NCBI GenBank assembly: GCA_038727515.1
Contig: JAVYVS010000001.1
Location: 544,001 to 608,000 of the forward strand
Origin: Candidatus Methanomethylicia archaeon
Lineage (GTDB): Archaea > Thermoproteota > Methanomethylicia > Culexarchaeales > Culexarchaeaceae
DNA length: 64,000 nucleotides
Direction: 5' to 3'
Shown: one piece after another, positions 19,618 to 30,390 of the stretch
How the letters are laid out: the number at the start of each line of letters is the position of its first letter
Position numbering within the stretch: the first letter of the stretch is position 1
The notes under the pieces: model-generated
The model's input: the letters and a program-made list of their open reading frames with translations, nothing else
Told to the model about the DNA's origin: nothing
Database searches by the model: none
Program-made: the position numbers and the translations under genes

Positions 19618-20952
19618 GTGAAGAAAGTAAATTTATGGGAAATAAAAAGTTACTCTGGAGTTAGAGGGATATATGGAGTTCAAGTAACACCAGAAGTAAT
19701 CTATAGAATTGTGAATGCATATGCTTCAATAAAAAATCCTGAAAAAGTAATTATTGGGAGAGATACAAGACCTTCAGGGATCCCACTAAAATATGCAGCT
19801 ATATCAAGTTTAACAACAGTTGGATGTAAAGTGATAGATGTAGATGTATCTCCAACACCAGCAATACTATACTTCACAAAGGAACTTAAACAAAATGGTG
19901 GAATAGTGATATCAGCATCCCACAATCCACCAGAGTACAATGCAATAAAAATTGCAGATAAAAATGGAATTCTAATATGGGATGAAGATCTAGATGAAAT
20001 AATTAGGAAAGCCGAGAAAGAAGAAATAAATATTTCAAAAAATCCAGGAAAAGTGGAACTGAGAGATATAAACAATGAGTATATAAATAGAATTATAAAG
20101 GTCATAGATCTGAGGGAAAGGGTTAAGGAAGGATTGAAAGTTCTCGTAGATCCAGGTGGAGGAGCAGGATCTCTAACTACACCAAAATTACTATCAAAAA
20201 TTGGATGTAGAGTTATATCAATAAATTCAATACCGGGGAAATTCAATAGACCAATAGAACCAACTGAAGAAGCTTTAAAGGAAACATCAAAAATCGTTAA
20301 ATTAGTAAATGCAGATATAGGTTTTGCACATGATTGTGATGCAGATAGACTTGTATGTATAGACGAAAAGGGGAAAGTTATTGGTGAAGACTACAGCATG
20401 GCAATAGCACTAAAATTTATACTCAAAACCAAGAAAATCAGTAAAATTGTAATTAATATAGCATCATCAAAAGTCATACAAGATATAGCGGAAGAATATG
20501 GCGTTAAAGTCTATTGGTCTAAGGTTGGAGAAGCAAATATGATTAAAAAGATCATTGAAACAGATAGCGATATAGGAGTAGAGGGTAGTAGTGGAGGATT
20601 AATATTAAAAGAACACCATTTAACGAGGGATGGAGCTATAGCTGCACTATCAATAATAGGCGAAGTATCTGAAACGGGAAAAACACTTTCACAAATAATT
20701 GAAGAACTACCTAAATACTATATGTTAAAGAGGAACATACCAAGAAATAATATAAATGTAGAGGATAAGATAGAATCACTAAATGAACTTGGGGAAATAA
20801 ATACAATAGATGGAGTGAAAATATCATCAGAAGATTATTGGGCTTTAATTAGACCATCAAAAACAGAACCAAAAATAAGGATAATAGTAGAGGCAAAAAC
20901 AGAGGAAAAAGCTGTAGAAGTAATGAAAAAAATTATACGTAAAATAAGTTGA
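19618..20952 (+). CDS. Alpha-D-phosphohexomutase (phosphoglucosamine mutase / PMM-PGM)
   Basis: SGVRG, GRDTR, SASHNPPEYN (phospho-Ser), DCDADR, VGE, IRPSKTEPKIR. Confidence 0.9.
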   Translation: MKKVNLWEIKSYSGVRGIYGVQVTPEVIYRIVNAYASIKNPEKVIIGRDTRPSGIPLKYAAISSLTTVGCKVIDVDVSPTPAILYFTKELKQNGGIVISASHNPPEYNAIKIADKNGILIWDEDLDEIIRKAEKEEINISKNPGKVELRDINNEYINRIIKVIDLRERVKEGLKVLVDPGGGAGSLTTPKLLSKIGCRVISINSIPGKFNRPIEPTEEALKETSKIVKLVNADIGFAHDCDADRLVCIDEKGKVIGEDYSMAIALKFILKTKKISKIVINIASSKVIQDIAEEYGVKVYWSKVGEANMIKKIIETDSDIGVEGSSGGLILKEHHLTRDGAIAALSIIGEVSETGKTLSQIIEELPKYYMLKRNIPRNNINVEDKIESLNELGEINTIDGVKISSEDYWALIRPSKTEPKIRIIVEAKTEEKAVEVMKKIIRKIS

Positions 20953-20969
20953 ATATTAAATTGAAGAAA

Positions 20970-21934
20970 ATGAGTGAAAAAAAATACTAGAAATAAAAAG
21001 TGGAGATAGAATAATTCAAGTAACAGATAAAAATCTTAGAGTTATTGAAGGACCATTTATAGATAGAACAAATAGGAGAGTTGGAATACCCAGAGAAAGA
21101 TTCTTTGCAAGAGAAGAATATCAACTATTTTGGGAAATGGAGATACCAGTAAATAAAATTGTAAACATTGATTATGACCGTGGAAAACTTAAAATAACAT
21201 GGATGAAGAAAGAGAAGGAAAGATATGAAAAACCAGAGGAGAATACCATAAGATTATCAGAATATGAAGCAATACAAATAATAGATGCATTGAATAGACT
21301 GAGGAAAGGAGAAGACCCAATATTATTAGCAAAAGAATATTCCCAATCATTCATAGGATATAGAGAAGAAATATCAAATGGAGAATTAATTGTGAGCATA
21401 GAGGGGGAAAATATAAAAATTGAAAGTGGAGAGTTGAATAGAATAATAAGCTATAGATACATAATGCCATATGTATCATCATTATTTGGAAGAATATCAG
21501 ATATATACTCTGAAAGGATACCAATAAAAGATATTTCAAATGTAAAAATTGAAGAAAAAGATAGGGGTATTCGTGGAAAAGAGTATAATGTAAAAATAAC
21601 ACTCAAAAATGGTAAAGTTAAAAACATAAATTTCAGTAATGAAAAGGAGAAAGCTGAAAGATTTACTAATGTATTAAATAAGATGATAGAAACAATAACT
21701 AAGAAAAGAGAGAAAATAAAATATGAAATTGTATATAAAATACCAGAAGAAGATTTAACAAAAACAACCATTAAAATAAGCGATTTAAGATCAATACTTG
21801 CACCAACATTAGTAATATTTCTAATACTTGCAACCCTAGCTAGAGAATACATAGGAAAAGATATAACAACAACAGTATTAATGCTCATATTATCACTCAT
21901 TTTAGGAGCAATCTGGAAGAAGATAAGAGAATGA
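20970..21934 (+). CDS. Hypothetical membrane-anchored protein with two PH-like repeats; 5' end broken by an A8 run
   Basis: Reading frame open 20978-21934; ATG 20970 and GTG 20974 are each one base out of frame across A8 (20977-20984); repeats EIPVNKIVNIDY / RIPIKDISNVKI; two C-terminal TM helices. Confidence 0.6.
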
Positions 21935-21962
21935 AAAGGTTTTTACATAAATAAGCTAAACT

Positions 21963-22904
21963 ATGCTGTGGTATGCAAATATGAATTATGGTGCACAAAG
22001 TGAATATAGTAGATTAAAAAGTGTTTTAATGCATATTCCGGGAGAAGAAATAAATATAATTGATGGAAGTAATAGGGAGGTATACTTATTTAGGGAAGTT
22101 CCACATTTAGAGAAATTTAGAGAAGAACACTTAAAATTCATGGAAGCATTAAAAGGGGAAGGAGTAAGAATATACCTAGTTGAAGAATATGTATGTGAAG
22201 AAACAAAAAACATAATTAAAATGTGTCCAAATATGCTGTTTACAAGGGATACGGGAACTATAACAATTAAGGGTGCAATAATAGGGAGAATGGCCCATCA
22301 AGCTAGACATGTTGAACCAATAATAGTTATGGAAGCTCTGAAAAATATTGGAGTACCAATGTACATGGTTATGAAACCTCCAGAAATATTTGAAGGTGGA
22401 GATGCAGTATGGTTAAATGAAGAAACATTGATGGTAGGTTACGGAACGAGGACAAATGAAGAAGCTATATTAAGGATGGTGATGGAAAATATTGGAGTTA
22501 TATGTGAAAATATAATAGCAGTACCACTACCTAAAAGAAGAGTTCATCTTGATGGAACACTAATGATACTTTCAGAAGATACTGCAGTAACGAGAATAGA
22601 GGATATTTCCATGTATCCATCAAAGATATATTCGAAAAATAATGTGAAAATAGTTAATCTAGCTAATTGGCTTAAAGAAAACAAATATGAATTAATAACA
22701 GTAACTGATAGAGAAGATAGAATGTTTGGAGCAAATCTCGTTTCAATAGGAAATAAGAAAGTGTTTTCATATATTTGGAATAGAAGGATTATGAAGGAAC
22801 TTGAGAAAAGAGGTTTTGATGTTATTGGTATAGAGGGATATGAACTTGTTAAAGGTGGAGGAGGACTACACTGTATGATACTACCAATAGAAAGGACACG
22901 CTAA
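21963..22904 (+). CDS. Amidinotransferase / arginine deiminase / DDAH superfamily protein
   Basis: SEYSRLKSVLMH.PG.E, NMLFTRD, FEGGD, HLD, GGGGLHCM; start may be ATG 21981. Confidence 0.88.
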   Translation: MLWYANMNYGAQSEYSRLKSVLMHIPGEEINIIDGSNREVYLFREVPHLEKFREEHLKFMEALKGEGVRIYLVEEYVCEETKNIIKMCPNMLFTRDTGTITIKGAIIGRMAHQARHVEPIIVMEALKNIGVPMYMVMKPPEIFEGGDAVWLNEETLMVGYGTRTNEEAILRMVMENIGVICENIIAVPLPKRRVHLDGTLMILSEDTAVTRIEDISMYPSKIYSKNNVKIVNLANWLKENKYELITVTDREDRMFGANLVSIGNKKVFSYIWNRRIMKELEKRGFDVIGIEGYELVKGGGGLHCMILPIERTR

Positions 22905-23587
22905 AACGATATTTGAAACCAAGTTTTACACATAAATCTAACTGGGCAAATATTATGTTTTGGATTTCTAGCAGAACAAAATTCTCTACCTAAAGCTATA
23001 AGCAATAAATGTAAACGTAGATATTCAGATTCTGGATAATTCTTCATCCAAAAACTTTGTATATCCTCATATTTAGCTTTAACATCAACAACACCCAATC
23101 TCTTTGAAACTCTAGTTATATGAGTATCAACGGGAAAGATAGCGCATCTACCAGTAAAGAGAAGTAGTACATCCGCAGTCTTAAGTCCAATTCCAGGAAG
23201 AGATAAAAGTATTCTTCTAGCTACATCACAAGGAAGATTTAAAATATTGTTGAGATCACTATTATAATTTTCTAAGATAATTTTTGATAGAGCAATGATC
23301 CTATTAGCTCTATTAAAGTGTAGACCAGCTGGTTTAATAAGTTCAGCCAATTCAACAGGAGAAATCTTACTTAAGGTTTTAGCATTTATATCATATTTTG
23401 ATGATAAATTACTATAAGCTTTAATGGCATTCTTATCATTAGTATTTTGAGATAGTATAGTCATTATTAAAAGTTTAAATGGATCTGAAGATCTAGAAGC
23501 AATTATAGCAGCATAATCATCATAATTCAATTTAACCCCATTAACAAGCATATTCAAAAAGGCTTGTGGATTAAAATGATAAGACAT
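22901..23587 (-). CDS. nth: Endonuclease III (HhH-GPD DNA glycosylase/AP lyase)
   Basis: ILSQNTND, LPGIGLKTADV, FPVDTHITRV, C-terminal Fe-S loop. Confidence 0.88.
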   Translation of the reverse strand: MSYHFNPQAFLNMLVNGVKLNYDDYAAIIASRSSDPFKLLIMTILSQNTNDKNAIKAYSNLSSKYDINAKTLSKISPVELAELIKPAGLHFNRANRIIALSKIILENYNSDLNNILNLPCDVARRILLSLPGIGLKTADVLLLFTGRCAIFPVDTHITRVSKRLGVVDVKAKYEDIQSFWMKNYPESEYLRLHLLLIALGREFCSARNPKHNICPVRFMCKTWFQISF

Positions 23588-23706
23588 AAATATAGGTAGT
23601 GAGGAGAGAGATATAATCTTTTTCAGAAAATAGAATTATAGAATTCGAGTTTTGAAAAGCTAAATTTTATGAATAGAATGAATACAATCTAATCTGGTGT
23701 TATAGT

Positions 23707-24906
23707 TTGAGGAAGAAGTTTTATGATGGATATAAATCCTTCCAATATTTAGAAGCAGGGAAAGATTATAGAGTTTTTAAATTGGCGAAGGAGATCGATA
23801 GAGTTCCATCTAAAGATATTGAATTAAGTAAAAGTGAAGAAGAAAGAGTTTATGAAATATTGGAGAAATACATAGTTATATCACTACATGATCACTCAAC
23901 AATTTTCCCAGAGAATCCTGAAGAAATACCAGCATATATTAGATGTGGAAGAATGTGGACTGGATTTGAGGGTTTAGTTTTATCGGGTGTAGATGTGATT
24001 TTTGAAGGTTTATTCAATGGTATAGGTCCAATAACTTCTAAAGATCCATGGAATTGGGAGAATATAGTGTATCAGATTGGAATGTTTACTTCAGATATTG
24101 ATCATCAAAATACATTATTCATAGTTAGAAGATTTTCAGATATTGAAAAAGCTTACAGAGAGGGTAAAATAGGTATTGTAATACATATAGAGGGAACACC
24201 TAGAATAGGGGATGAAATAGATAGAATAGATGTTCTTTACGGTCTTGGAGTTAGATGTATGGGTATAACATATAGTAGAGGTAATGAATTTGGAAGTGGA
24301 CTTGCAGATAAAGTAGATAGAGGACTTACAGATCTCGGATATAAATTGGTTGAAAGAATGAATAAAATTGGGATGGCAATAGATTTAGCACATGTAGGAG
24401 ATAAAACCTCTCTTGATATTATTGAAGCAAGTAAAAAGCCAGTATTCATTACACATGCAGGTGCAAGAACTCTATGGCCAACTAAAAGAATGAAACCTGA
24501 TGAAGTTATACAAGCACTAGCTGAAAAGGGAGGCGTATTTGGAGTAGAAGCTTCCCCACATACAACATTAACATTGAATGATAGAAAACATACAATAGAA
24601 ACCGTGATGAGACATTTTCAATACATAGAAAAACTTGTGGGAATAGATTACGTAGCCTTTGGACCAGATACACTATTTGGTGATCATGTAGCATTACATA
24701 AAGTATTTTCAAGGGAATTATCATTAACTGAAACTAGACCTAGAGAACTAGAATATACAGAAGTAGAATATGTTGATGGTTTGGAAAATCCATCACAATT
24801 TAAGAATATCATTAGATGGCTTGTTAAAAATGGTTATAGTGATGAAGAAATAGGAAAAGTAATTGGTGGGAATGTAATTAGGGTTTTAAGGGAAGTATGG
24901 TATTAA
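23707..24906 (+). CDS. Membrane dipeptidase family (peptidase M19)
   Basis: ISLHDH, HIEG, GITY, GLTDLG..LVERMNKIGMAIDLAH, ITH, GPD. Confidence 0.88.
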   Translation: MRKKFYDGYKSFQYLEAGKDYRVFKLAKEIDRVPSKDIELSKSEEERVYEILEKYIVISLHDHSTIFPENPEEIPAYIRCGRMWTGFEGLVLSGVDVIFEGLFNGIGPITSKDPWNWENIVYQIGMFTSDIDHQNTLFIVRRFSDIEKAYREGKIGIVIHIEGTPRIGDEIDRIDVLYGLGVRCMGITYSRGNEFGSGLADKVDRGLTDLGYKLVERMNKIGMAIDLAHVGDKTSLDIIEASKKPVFITHAGARTLWPTKRMKPDEVIQALAEKGGVFGVEASPHTTLTLNDRKHTIETVMRHFQYIEKLVGIDYVAFGPDTLFGDHVALHKVFSRELSLTETRPRELEYTEVEYVDGLENPSQFKNIIRWLVKNGYSDEEIGKVIGGNVIRVLREVWY

Positions 24907-25529
24907 TTGAGATTTTCTTGAGTCTTCCTAAAACCCTTATACTTTGTTATTCTAGAACTGATAACAGTATTACATGGGAGATATATCAATTTTCCATCAT
25001 CAGTAGATATTACAACAAATAATGCTGTAATATCTTCAATATAACCATTAACACCAGCAATTTCAACTCTATCACCAATCATAAATGGTCTTGATAATAA
25101 TATGAATATTCCAGCCATAATTTGACCTAAAGTTTGCTGTGAAGCATATCCAACAATCATACCAATAAATCCACCTAAAGCAACACCAGCAGTTGGATTG
25201 GAAATAGCTCCAGCCATAGTTGCAAGCATAGCTCCAATACCAAGAAGTCTAAATAAACTTCTAATAGCAGCTGATGTAGAATGATCATACTTAGATCTAA
25301 AAGACCAATAAACTATTTCAGAAAAGTAATATACTATTAGATATCCAAAGAGTAAACCAGCAATTACATCAACATAAATCTTATAACTAGAAACATCAAT
25401 TTTAAAGGTTTCAACAATAAATGTATACATTACATATTGTATTAAAGCTGATGAGAAAACATATAATAAAATTACAGTTATAAATTTGTATAAAGCCGAT
25501 TTAAAATTATTAACCACATCCACCACCAA
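24903..25529 (-). CDS. Small MscS-family mechanosensitive channel
   Basis: Three TM helices, GYASQQTLGQIMAG...RPFMIGDRVEI, G.IEDI. Confidence 0.85.
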   Translation of the reverse strand: MVVDVVNNFKSALYKFITVILLYVFSSALIQYVMYTFIVETFKIDVSSYKIYVDVIAGLLFGYLIVYYFSEIVYWSFRSKYDHSTSAAIRSLFRLLGIGAMLATMAGAISNPTAGVALGGFIGMIVGYASQQTLGQIMAGIFILLSRPFMIGDRVEIAGVNGYIEDITALFVVISTDDGKLIYLPCNTVISSRITKYKGFRKTQENLN

Positions 25530-25532
25530 AAT

Positions 25533-25853
25533 CTACTTCTTAATCCATCTATCAAAATCTCTAACGGTATACTTGTTTAAAGTGTATTTTAAAGCATCTT
25601 CAAGATTAATCCTATAATAATTTGATATGCATATCAATGCAAAGAATACATCCCCAATTTCTTCTAAAAGAGATTCAAAATTACATTCAGATTTACCGAT
25701 CTCCATAGAATTTAAAATCCTTGAGAGTTCTCCAACCTCTTCCATTAATGCTGCCAACATGGATAAAGGCTTCCAATATCCACCGCCAAAATTCTTTATC
25801 CACTCATCAACCATATTTTGAAGATCTAAAATTCCAACCATAAGAATCACCAA
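25533..25853 (-). CDS. MazG-like nucleotide pyrophosphohydrolase (YpjD-like)
   Basis: GYWKPLSMLAALMEEVGEL, EEIGDVFF, KY..RD. Confidence 0.88.
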   Translation of the reverse strand: MVILMVGILDLQNMVDEWIKNFGGGYWKPLSMLAALMEEVGELSRILNSMEIGKSECNFESLLEEIGDVFFALICISNYYRINLEDALKYTLNKYTVRDFDRWIKK

Positions 25854-25858
25854 AAGTA

Positions 25859-26971
25859 TTAGGGTAATTCAAGAAACTTTAAACCTCTATCATCAATAAG
25901 CCGTTTAAATACTTCGAAATACTTTAAGTTTATCCCAATAAATTCCGGTGGCAATAATCCTTTATCAACTATTATATTGTCGATAACCATTTTAGCAATT
26001 GAAGATTGAGTGAAACCAGTAGTCTTTGCCATAGCAGTAATATTGAGATTAAAATCATAACATAAATCCATAATGAACTTCCTATGAATATTGCTATTAG
26101 AAAATGCTTCAATATACATTACCACACGGTCTGGAACATTTCTAACCATAATTTTATTGAGAATTTTTGCAGTTAAAATATTCATTTTAATTTTAACACC
26201 ATCAATATTTAAAGAATCATAACTAAGTAAACCAATCTTTTTAAGCGATCTCATAATCTCCAAATGACCTTTATATCTTAATGTATACTCTATCAATTCA
26301 CTAGACCCATTAAAGGTTTTCAACATTGTTCTAATACCATCAGAAACAAAGTATTCAAATACCCCAACCCCTAGAATTTCTATTTCTCCAGTATTCGATA
26401 ATGGATCTAAATTAACTTCAGACCCATTTAATATAGCTCTCGCAGGCCTAATATATTCATCAATTAAATCCTCAACAGACCATGTTAAAACTAAACCTAA
26501 TGGAACCGTTGAATCTAGAGATATCCCCCCAACATAAATCCTACCAATATTTAATCCACCATACATTGAATGGAAATACCCTAAAAGAATATTGGTTAAA
26601 CCAGGTGCAAAACCAGCATCAATAATTAAAACAACATTTTTCTCACGAGCAATAGGATCCAATGACCACGGGGACTCTGGAAAATAAGAAACATCAACAA
26701 CATTAATGCCAAGATTAAGTAGATTATTTAAAACTCTATATGCTATAGCTCCAGGTAATGCTGTAATGGCAACATTAAATCCCTTCAATCTATCAATTAA
26801 TAGAGGATTTGAAACATCGAGATTTAAAGTTTCCAAACCAAATTCTCTGGAGGCAATCTTCAATTTCTCATTATCAACATCAACAACCAGAGGGTGAATA
26901 TTAGACTTAACAAGATCGAAGGCTACAGCTCTACCAATATTACCAAACCCGATTAAAACTACATCACTCAT
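25859..26971 (-). CDS. Saccharopine dehydrogenase / lysine 6-dehydrogenase family
   Basis: GFGNIG, ALPG, VDVS, DAGFAPG, YVGG, TWSVEDLIDEY, TLRYKGH, AMAKTTGF. Confidence 0.85.
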   Translation of the reverse strand: MSDVVLIGFGNIGRAVAFDLVKSNIHPLVVDVDNEKLKIASREFGLETLNLDVSNPLLIDRLKGFNVAITALPGAIAYRVLNNLLNLGINVVDVSYFPESPWSLDPIAREKNVVLIIDAGFAPGLTNILLGYFHSMYGGLNIGRIYVGGISLDSTVPLGLVLTWSVEDLIDEYIRPARAILNGSEVNLDPLSNTGEIEILGVGVFEYFVSDGIRTMLKTFNGSSELIEYTLRYKGHLEIMRSLKKIGLLSYDSLNIDGVKIKMNILTAKILNKIMVRNVPDRVVMYIEAFSNSNIHRKFIMDLCYDFNLNITAMAKTTGFTQSSIAKMVIDNIIVDKGLLPPEFIGINLKYFEVFKRLIDDRGLKFLELP

Positions 26972-27027
26972 ATAAATCTAGAGAATATATCTAAAGAGAT
27001 AAAATTTATAGTTTCCTAACAATAAGA

Positions 27028-28320
27028 TCACTCATATCTAAAACGGGGTTCTTCAAAATACTTTAAAATTAATATAGCATTTATCCATCCAACAATTGAA
27101 AGAAGAATGAAAACTAATTGTTTAGATATATTTCCATAAATATACCCTCCCACAATACCTCCAATCATAGAAGCTATGGTGTTAATTAAACTAAAGGACG
27201 CCATAATCCTACCACGATATCCACGAGGCATATACTCAGTAAATAATGCAGATGACGCTGGAGCAGAAACGGAAGATAAAAATGTTGCTAATGCAAGCCA
27301 AAAGTACACTTCCATCCAACTCCTACTAAATGTAAAGCCAATATTGGTTATTGGTGAAATAAAAGCTGTAGGTATAATAAATTTCAATCTTCCAAATCTT
27401 TCAGCAGTATCGGATAATGCAGCGAATGTTGGACTTACAATTAAATTTTCAAATCTCCTAATACTATCAAGAGTACCCCAAGACATTTTACTTAAACCAA
27501 TCACGTTAACAGCATAATCAACCCAATATGGACTTGCAGCAGAACTAAATATGCCACCCGTGAAATTCATTATTAACCAAACCTTCAAAGGTCTATTCAT
27601 ATGTTTAAATGGGGGAATAAAATTCTTAAGTAATGAAAGGGATAAATGAGATCCACGAGTATCCAATTTAACATTTAAATTTAAAGTTTCTTTAAGATAT
27701 TTAACTCTAATTGTTGAAGCAGTAAAACCACAAATAAACGTTATAAAATGAAATATTCTCATCATAGGTATTAAACCATAAAAATCAATTAAACCTCCAG
27801 CAATTATTGGTGAAATTAAACCAAACATTGGTGGGAGAATTTGCCATGCAGAATAAGCTAAAGCTCTCTTAACAACCGGAGTAGAATCAGCAATTAAAGC
27901 ACTAAATGCAGGTTCTCTAAGACCTCCAATAAATCCATCATAAATTCTATGGGGTATTGCATATCTCCAATCTGGAATTAATGCTATATATAATTCTGCA
28001 GATGCTAAAGCAAAACTTAAATGAGCAACTAAACGTCTCCTACCAATCCTATCAGCAAGATAACCTCCAATAACCAATGAGAATATTCTAGAAAGACTCC
28101 AAATAGCAGTTAAATAACCGATATCCGCATATGATGCTCCAAGACCCATATAATATAATGTATCAAATGGAGCTGCAAAAGATGCTCCAAAAGTCCAAAT
28201 ACCACTAGTGATAATCATTACAAGTAGGTTACCATGTAAAACTTCACTTAAAGATCCAAAAATTGCATGACGCTTAACATTTTTAACATCCATGTATATC
28301 GCCATCCAAACCCAAACCAA
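27028..28320 (-). CDS. MFS transporter
   Basis: GGYLADRIGRR motif A, about 12 hydrophobic segments, PRGYRG. Confidence 0.88.
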   Translation of the reverse strand: MVWVWMAIYMDVKNVKRHAIFGSLSEVLHGNLLVMIITSGIWTFGASFAAPFDTLYYMGLGASYADIGYLTAIWSLSRIFSLVIGGYLADRIGRRRLVAHLSFALASAELYIALIPDWRYAIPHRIYDGFIGGLREPAFSALIADSTPVVKRALAYSAWQILPPMFGLISPIIAGGLIDFYGLIPMMRIFHFITFICGFTASTIRVKYLKETLNLNVKLDTRGSHLSLSLLKNFIPPFKHMNRPLKVWLIMNFTGGIFSSAASPYWVDYAVNVIGLSKMSWGTLDSIRRFENLIVSPTFAALSDTAERFGRLKFIIPTAFISPITNIGFTFSRSWMEVYFWLALATFLSSVSAPASSALFTEYMPRGYRGRIMASFSLINTIASMIGGIVGGYIYGNISKQLVFILLSIVGWINAILILKYFEEPRFRYE

Positions 28321-28428
28321 TACAATTAGCTTTAAAATTTCTAAGAACTAAAAAGATAAAGTTTTAGTTTACACACTTAACGAAAAGGTAATAAGTAATA
28401 AAAATATAGTTTATAATTAAGGATAAAA

Positions 28429-28683
28429 ATGTCTGCAGAAGCATTTGTATTAATAAATACACAAATAGGAGCTGAGGAAGAAGTTCTTAAAATTTTAAGG
28501 GAAATTGGAGAAGTAGAAGAAGCATTTATAGTTTATGGTGTTTACGACATAATAGCAAAAGTAAAAGCTGAAAACCTAGATAAACTTAGAGAAATCATAA
28601 CTTGGAAGATTAGAAAGATAAAGAAGGTTATGTCTACAACAACCATGGTGGTAATGGAAAAAAGTGTTAAACCACACGACTAA
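28429..28683 (+). CDS. Stand-alone Lrp/AsnC ligand-binding (RAM) domain protein
   Basis: AFVLIN...G.E, VYGVYDIIAKV, STTTMV; no HTH. Confidence 0.9.
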   Translation: MSAEAFVLINTQIGAEEEVLKILREIGEVEEAFIVYGVYDIIAKVKAENLDKLREIITWKIRKIKKVMSTTTMVVMEKSVKPHD

Positions 28684-29851
28684 ACTCAAATTTAATATTT
28701 CTACACTTAACTATTAATCGATTAACACCATCCGAATTTCTCTTTATTTCACCCAATCTAAATGTTTCAACACCATAATTTTCACATAATTTTATAATTT
28801 CATCTACAACTTCAACATCAACTATCATTACAAATCCAATCCCCATATTAAAAACAGAATACATTTCCCTTAAATCGATTTTACCAATCCTTTGAATTAA
28901 TTTGAATATTGGTGGAGGATCTGGAAGTGAATTAATGATGTAATCAATGTTAAATCCAACCTTTAAAATCTTAGATAATCCACCACCAGTAATATGAGCC
29001 ATACCATGTATAAAACAACCATATTTATGTAAAGCTTCAGCAATTATTGGTGTATATATCCTTGTTGGAGAGGATAATGCATCCATAATTGTTGAATCAA
29101 GCTCATCTACATACGAATCAAGTTTATAAGGTCCCAAATAACTAAATTTATTCTCATAATCAAAGGTTTCAGGATACTTAGAACCATAATAACTATTGAG
29201 TAAAATATGTCTAGCCAATGTTAAACCATTACACATAATACCACTATTAACATTAGATTCATATTTAGCTCTCCCAAAACTACTTAAACCCAAAATTACA
29301 TCCCCATCAACAATATTTGAACCATCAATAATCATGTTACAATCACATTCACCATAAACAGCTCCAGCAACATCAATAGTCCTTAATTGATCAGGCATAT
29401 CTGCAGTTTCACCACCAATAAAAATTGGTGAAAAAGCATTAGAGAACATACTTACCTTTGAAAGAAGATCTAAGGTTTTATTAAAACCTAAACCTATAGA
29501 TTTAATAACGACATCTCTCTCCAATTTAAATGGATTTAATGCAATATAATCCACAAATAACAAAGGTCTAATCCCCACAGTAACAATATCATCTAAATTC
29601 ATAGCTAAAACATCTTGAGCTAAATCTTCGAAAAATCGAGAATCTCCAAATTCTTTATATGCTAAATATGCAATAATAGGTTTACTTCCAGCACCATCAA
29701 CATGTAAAGATATACATCTACCATCCTTAAGTTTTAAAACATTAGTAAATGCATATGGAAATGATTTAACAATTAATCCCTCAAAAAATTTAATAGAACT
29801 TTTAAAAGCATCAACACCCATAGACTTATAAACATTAGACATCAAAAACAA
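28667..29851 (-). CDS. purM: Phosphoribosylformylglycinamidine cyclo-ligase (AIR synthase)
   Basis: YKSMGVD, HVDGAGSK, AMNLDD, GGETADM, NGLTLAR, PTRIY, AHITGGG, VFNMGIG. Confidence 0.88.
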   Translation of the reverse strand: MFLMSNVYKSMGVDAFKSSIKFFEGLIVKSFPYAFTNVLKLKDGRCISLHVDGAGSKPIIAYLAYKEFGDSRFFEDLAQDVLAMNLDDIVTVGIRPLLFVDYIALNPFKLERDVVIKSIGLGFNKTLDLLSKVSMFSNAFSPIFIGGETADMPDQLRTIDVAGAVYGECDCNMIIDGSNIVDGDVILGLSSFGRAKYESNVNSGIMCNGLTLARHILLNSYYGSKYPETFDYENKFSYLGPYKLDSYVDELDSTIMDALSSPTRIYTPIIAEALHKYGCFIHGMAHITGGGLSKILKVGFNIDYIINSLPDPPPIFKLIQRIGKIDLREMYSVFNMGIGFVMIVDVEVVDEIIKLCENYGVETFRLGEIKRNSDGVNRLIVKCRNIKFEFSRVV

Positions 29852-29946
29852 CCAAAAATAAATTTCTGAAACAATTATTAAAACCTATTTACAATGTATG
29901 AAGGAAAACATAAAATACTACTACAAACAATAACGATTTGAGAAAT

Positions 29947-30390
29947 ATGCCGAAAGTATCCGTAATAATTGGAAGTGAAAGTGATAGAGAAATTGGAGAT
30001 AAAGTTGTTCAAACTTTAAAGGAGTTTAATGTAGAAGTTGAATACAAAGTTTTATCAGCACATAGAAACCCAGATGAATTATCAAAGTATATTGAGGAAA
30101 GCGATTCAGAATTATTTATAGCAATAGCTGGATTATCGGCAGCACTACCTGGATTTATAGCTTCGAAAACAATTAAGCCAGTAATAGGATTACCTAGAGA
30201 AGTAAAACTACTTGGATTAGATGCACTACTATCCATAGTACAAATGCCACCTGGAATACCGGTAGCATGCGTTGGCATAGATAATCATAAGAATGCAGCA
30301 TTACTAGCCATAGAAATACTAGCATTAAAATATGATGAATTAAAGGAAAGACTTAAAGAATATAGATTGAAAATGAGAAGTGTTAAGTAA
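29947..30390 (+). CDS. purE: AIR carboxylase / N5-CAIR mutase
   Basis: [40 protein letters not shown]. Confidence 0.93.
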   Translation: MPKVSVIIGSESDREIGDKVVQTLKEFNVEVEYKVLSAHRNPDELSKYIEESDSELFIAIAGLSAALPGFIASKTIKPVIGLPREVKLLGLDALLSIVQMPPGIPVACVGIDNHKNAALLAIEILALKYDELKERLKEYRLKMRSVK

